Below are positions 61,417-64,000 of a stretch of DNA of 64,000 nucleotides, piece after piece. The position numbers and the translations under genes were made by a program. Where the stretch lies: assembly GCA_963702435.1 (NCBI GenBank), contig CAVPCR010000002.1, positions 224,001 through 288,000 on the forward strand, written 5' to 3'. Origin of the DNA: Candidatus Eiseniibacteriota bacterium. Its GTDB lineage: Bacteria > Eisenbacteria > RBG-16-71-46 > CAVPCR01. Positions within the stretch are counted from its first letter, which is position 1; each line of letters starts with the position of its first letter. The notes under the pieces were generated by a model, which was not told the DNA's origin, searched no databases, and saw only the letters and a list, made by a program, of their open reading frames with translations.

Positions 61417-63932
61417 GCGGCCTCCCCGCCGCGCCGCGCCCGGGCCCGGAGGAGGGAGACCGCGGCGATCCCGAGGATCGCCGCCGCCGCCGCCACCGAG
61501 AGCCCGAGCCCGAGCCGGAGCCCGGGCGCCACGTAGCGGAACTCGACCTCGTGGCTCCCCTTCTCGACGCGCACGCCGCGGAAGATGTGGTCCGCGCGCA
61601 CGACCGGCGCCGGCGCGCCGTCCACCCTGGCCTGCCAGCCGGGATCGTACAGCTCGCCGAGCACGAGGAGCGCGGGGTGGCTCGCGTTCACCGCCACGAC
61701 CACGCGGTTGAGCCCGAACTCCCGGATCTCCGCCGTGCCCGTCGTCGCGGAGCCGCCGAGCGGCCCGACCGCGGTCGCGACGACCGCCTGGCGCGCCGGA
61801 TCGAAGGCCGGATCGGCGAGGCGGGAGAGGGCCGCGGCGGCGGTCGGGGCCGCCTCCGCCGTTCCCACCACGAAGGCCCGCGGGCCGACCGACTGGTTCT
61901 CGTACACCTTGGTCGGCCCGTCGTGCACCTTGACGAAGCGCGGATTTGCGCCGATCTCGGTCGCGGTCACGAGGTAGCGCACGTTGAGGAGATCGAGGAT
62001 CCGGTAGCGATCGGGATGGCTGAACAGCTCGAGCGTCTCGAGCCCGAAGGCATCCATGAACTCCTGGTAGACGCGCGGCTTGGCGGCATGGTAGCCGCCG
62101 ACCGAGGCGAGCCCGAAGGTGGCGAAGCGGTTCGAGCGGAACTCCTCGATCGGATAGATGCGGAAGGGCCCCGGCACGGTGCGGAGAAAGGCGACCAGAT
62201 CGTCGGCCGCGGTCGGCTGCACCAGATTCGCGCGGGCCGTCGTCAGCGGACGCATGATCTCCTGTCCGATCGGCCCCACGTCGATCGCGACGAGGAGCGC
62301 GACCCCGCCCACGACGAGCTCGGGGCGGAGGCGGCCGCGGAGACCGAGGGCGGCCACTCCTCCGGCCGCGGCGACGAGCGCCAGGCTCTTCGCGAGGTCC
62401 CCGTGGGCGCGGGCGGCGGCGCGGGCGCCGAGCTGGCGCCCGACCTCGGGGGCCCGCGCGAGCTGAGCGGAAATCCGCGGGCTCTTCTGAAAAGCGGCGC
62501 TGTACCCGTCGCGGAAGGCCCCGCCGAGGAGGAGCACGACGAGGAGGCCGACGAGCGCGACGCCGGATGCGGTCGCCAGCACGCGGGCGAGGCGCGCCGC
62601 TGCCGGGCCGCCGCCGCGGGCCAGGGCGAGGACCCGGGTCAAGCCCAGCGCGAAGAGGCCGCCGGCCGCGAGCTGGGCCAGCACGAGGATCATGACCGGC
62701 ACCCGGAACTTCTTCCAGTAGGGCAGGAAGCGGAAGAGGAGGTCGTAGAGGAAGAAGTGCTTGCCGAGCGAGACCGCCAGCGCGAAGAGGGCGAGGACGA
62801 GGAAGAACACCGCGGGCGCGAGGCCCGGTTCGCGCCCACGCGGGCCGGGCGCGACAAAGGCGAGGACGGCGAAGAGGAGCGTGGCGATGCCCACGTAGGC
62901 GTTCGGGTAGTCGGTGAAGGGCATCGTGCCCCAGTAGGTCTCGCCGCCGAAGCCGAGGGCCGACGGCACGAAGAGGGTCGCGAGCTCGCCCAGCGCGAGG
63001 GACCAGCCGGTCGCGTACTCGAAGCTCACGCCGCCGGTCTCGCCGCCGCCGCGGATGGACTGCGGCGTGTAGGTCGCGACGGGAAGGGCGAGGACCGCGC
63101 CGAGCAGCGCGCCGAGGAGGAGGGCGAGCCCGAAACCGGCGGCCGCCCGCCCCGGCGCGAGGCGGAACCTGGTGCCGTCGCGGCGGCGGTCGAGGAGGTA
63201 GTAGATGAAGTAGAGCGCGAGCGCGAGCCAGGTGTAGTAGGCGATCTGCACGTGCCCGCGCAGGATCTGAGCGCCGAGAGTCGCGGCGAGGAGCGCGAGC
63301 CAGATGCCGCTCCCGCGCGCGAGATATCGGTGGAGCGCGAGGAGCGCCAGCGGCAGGAGCCCGGAGTTGACGAGCTGGCTTCCATGGCCGTGGGCGCCGA
63401 CGGCGATCAGGTTGGGGGTGAGAGCGTAGAGGAGCCCGCCCAGGGCGGCGGGCCCGCGCGCCGCGCCGAGATCGCCGAGGAGGAAGTAGACCGCGACCGC
63501 GCCCACGAAGTAGTAGACGATGAGCCAGAGCATGGGCGGGGCGAGCCCGCCGAGGAGCTTGAAGATCCAGTCGGGGAAGTAGACGTCGGGGTTGTAGGCG
63601 AGCGCGGCGTAGGACGGCAAACCGCAGAAGATGAACGGATTCCACAGCGGGTACTCGCCGCTCTCGGCGCGCCACGCCTCCGCGTAGACGCCGAAGCCCT
63701 GCGGCGCCTGCGCGTCGGCCGAGGAGAAGACCTGTCCCGCGAAAACCAGCGGGTAGAAGTAGAAAGCGACGGCGAGGGCGATCAGGGCGACGGCGGTCCA
63801 GGCCGGGAGCCGGGACCAGGGGCCGTTCCCTGCCGCCGCGGCCGGGCGCGCGGCGCGGCCGGGTGCGGCCCCCCGCGCCTCGCGGGCGCCCGCCGCCGGC
63901 TCGCGGCGCGGATCGCGCTTAGCTCTGGCCAT
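61413..63932 (-). CDS. YfhO-family GT-C membrane protein
   Basis: GEYPLWNPFIFCGLP, GHVQIAYY, KFRVP, YDPGWQARVDG, ADHIFRGV..GSHEVEFRY; GGAGGAGG RBS, ATG 63932. Confidence 0.9.
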   Translation of the reverse strand: MARAKRDPRREPAAGAREARGAAPGRAARPAAAAGNGPWSRLPAWTAVALIALAVAFYFYPLVFAGQVFSSADAQAPQGFGVYAEAWRAESGEYPLWNPFIFCGLPSYAALAYNPDVYFPDWIFKLLGGLAPPMLWLIVYYFVGAVAVYFLLGDLGAARGPAALGGLLYALTPNLIAVGAHGHGSQLVNSGLLPLALLALHRYLARGSGIWLALLAATLGAQILRGHVQIAYYTWLALALYFIYYLLDRRRDGTRFRLAPGRAAAGFGLALLLGALLGAVLALPVATYTPQSIRGGGETGGVSFEYATGWSLALGELATLFVPSALGFGGETYWGTMPFTDYPNAYVGIATLLFAVLAFVAPGPRGREPGLAPAVFFLVLALFALAVSLGKHFFLYDLLFRFLPYWKKFRVPVMILVLAQLAAGGLFALGLTRVLALARGGGPAAARLARVLATASGVALVGLLVVLLLGGAFRDGYSAAFQKSPRISAQLARAPEVGRQLGARAAARAHGDLAKSLALVAAAGGVAALGLRGRLRPELVVGGVALLVAIDVGPIGQEIMRPLTTARANLVQPTAADDLVAFLRTVPGPFRIYPIEEFRSNRFATFGLASVGGYHAAKPRVYQEFMDAFGLETLELFSHPDRYRILDLLNVRYLVTATEIGANPRFVKVHDGPTKVYENQSVGPRAFVVGTAEAAPTAAAALSRLADPAFDPARQAVVATAVGPLGGSATTGTAEIREFGLNRVVVAVNASHPALLVLGELYDPGWQARVDGAPAPVVRADHIFRGVRVEKGSHEVEFRYVAPGLRLGLGLSVAAAAAILGIAAVSLLRARARRGGEAA

Positions 63933-64000
63933 CGTGTCCCTCCTCCCCCGCTCCCTGCGGGCCGGGCGCCGCCGTCGCGGCGACACCGCGTGTGGAGTCG

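Overview
A very GC-rich (roughly 70% by eye), gene-dense chromosomal window from a diderm bacterium. FlgD-Ig/T9SS-like C-terminal domains, a Myxococcus-like MglA and an MJ0042-type zinc-ribbon protein suggest an FCB-related lineage such as Ca. Eisenbacteria/Latescibacterota; this is inference, not a classification. Three blocks: (1) 1-12.8 kb is a signalling/polarity/lipid region: sigma54-activator + PAS histidine kinase, uppP, a TPR protein, an orphan MglA GTPase with a long C-terminal extension, a hypothetical protein, a small Cys-rich ORF behind a consensus sigma54 promoter, a PatA/PimA-like acyltransferase-GT4 pair, a zinc-ribbon protein, recG (frameshifted) and rpmB. (2) 13.2-31.6 kb is the minus-strand dcw cluster mraZ-rsmH-ftsL-ftsI-murE-murF(frameshifted)-mraY-murD-ftsW-murG-murC-murB-ftsQ-ftsA-ftsZ, with no ddl. 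(3) 31.8-64 kb is a large surface-glycan locus: Cys-less asparagine-synthase-like protein, two deacetylases, three GT-C membrane transferases incl. YfhO, two polyprenol-P sugar synthases, a UGM-like flavoprotein, four GT4s, FemAB/GNAT, CapD-like dehydratase and a flippase-like protein. It also contains an S1 paralog, a 1462-aa secreted SGNH esterase with a sorting-type CTD, and a PorZ-like propeller protein. No rRNA, tRNA, CRISPR or mobile element was seen. The two single-base frameshifts are most likely assembly errors. Most long ORFs in the track are GC-driven shadow frames. All family calls are from motif recognition by eye, not database searches.
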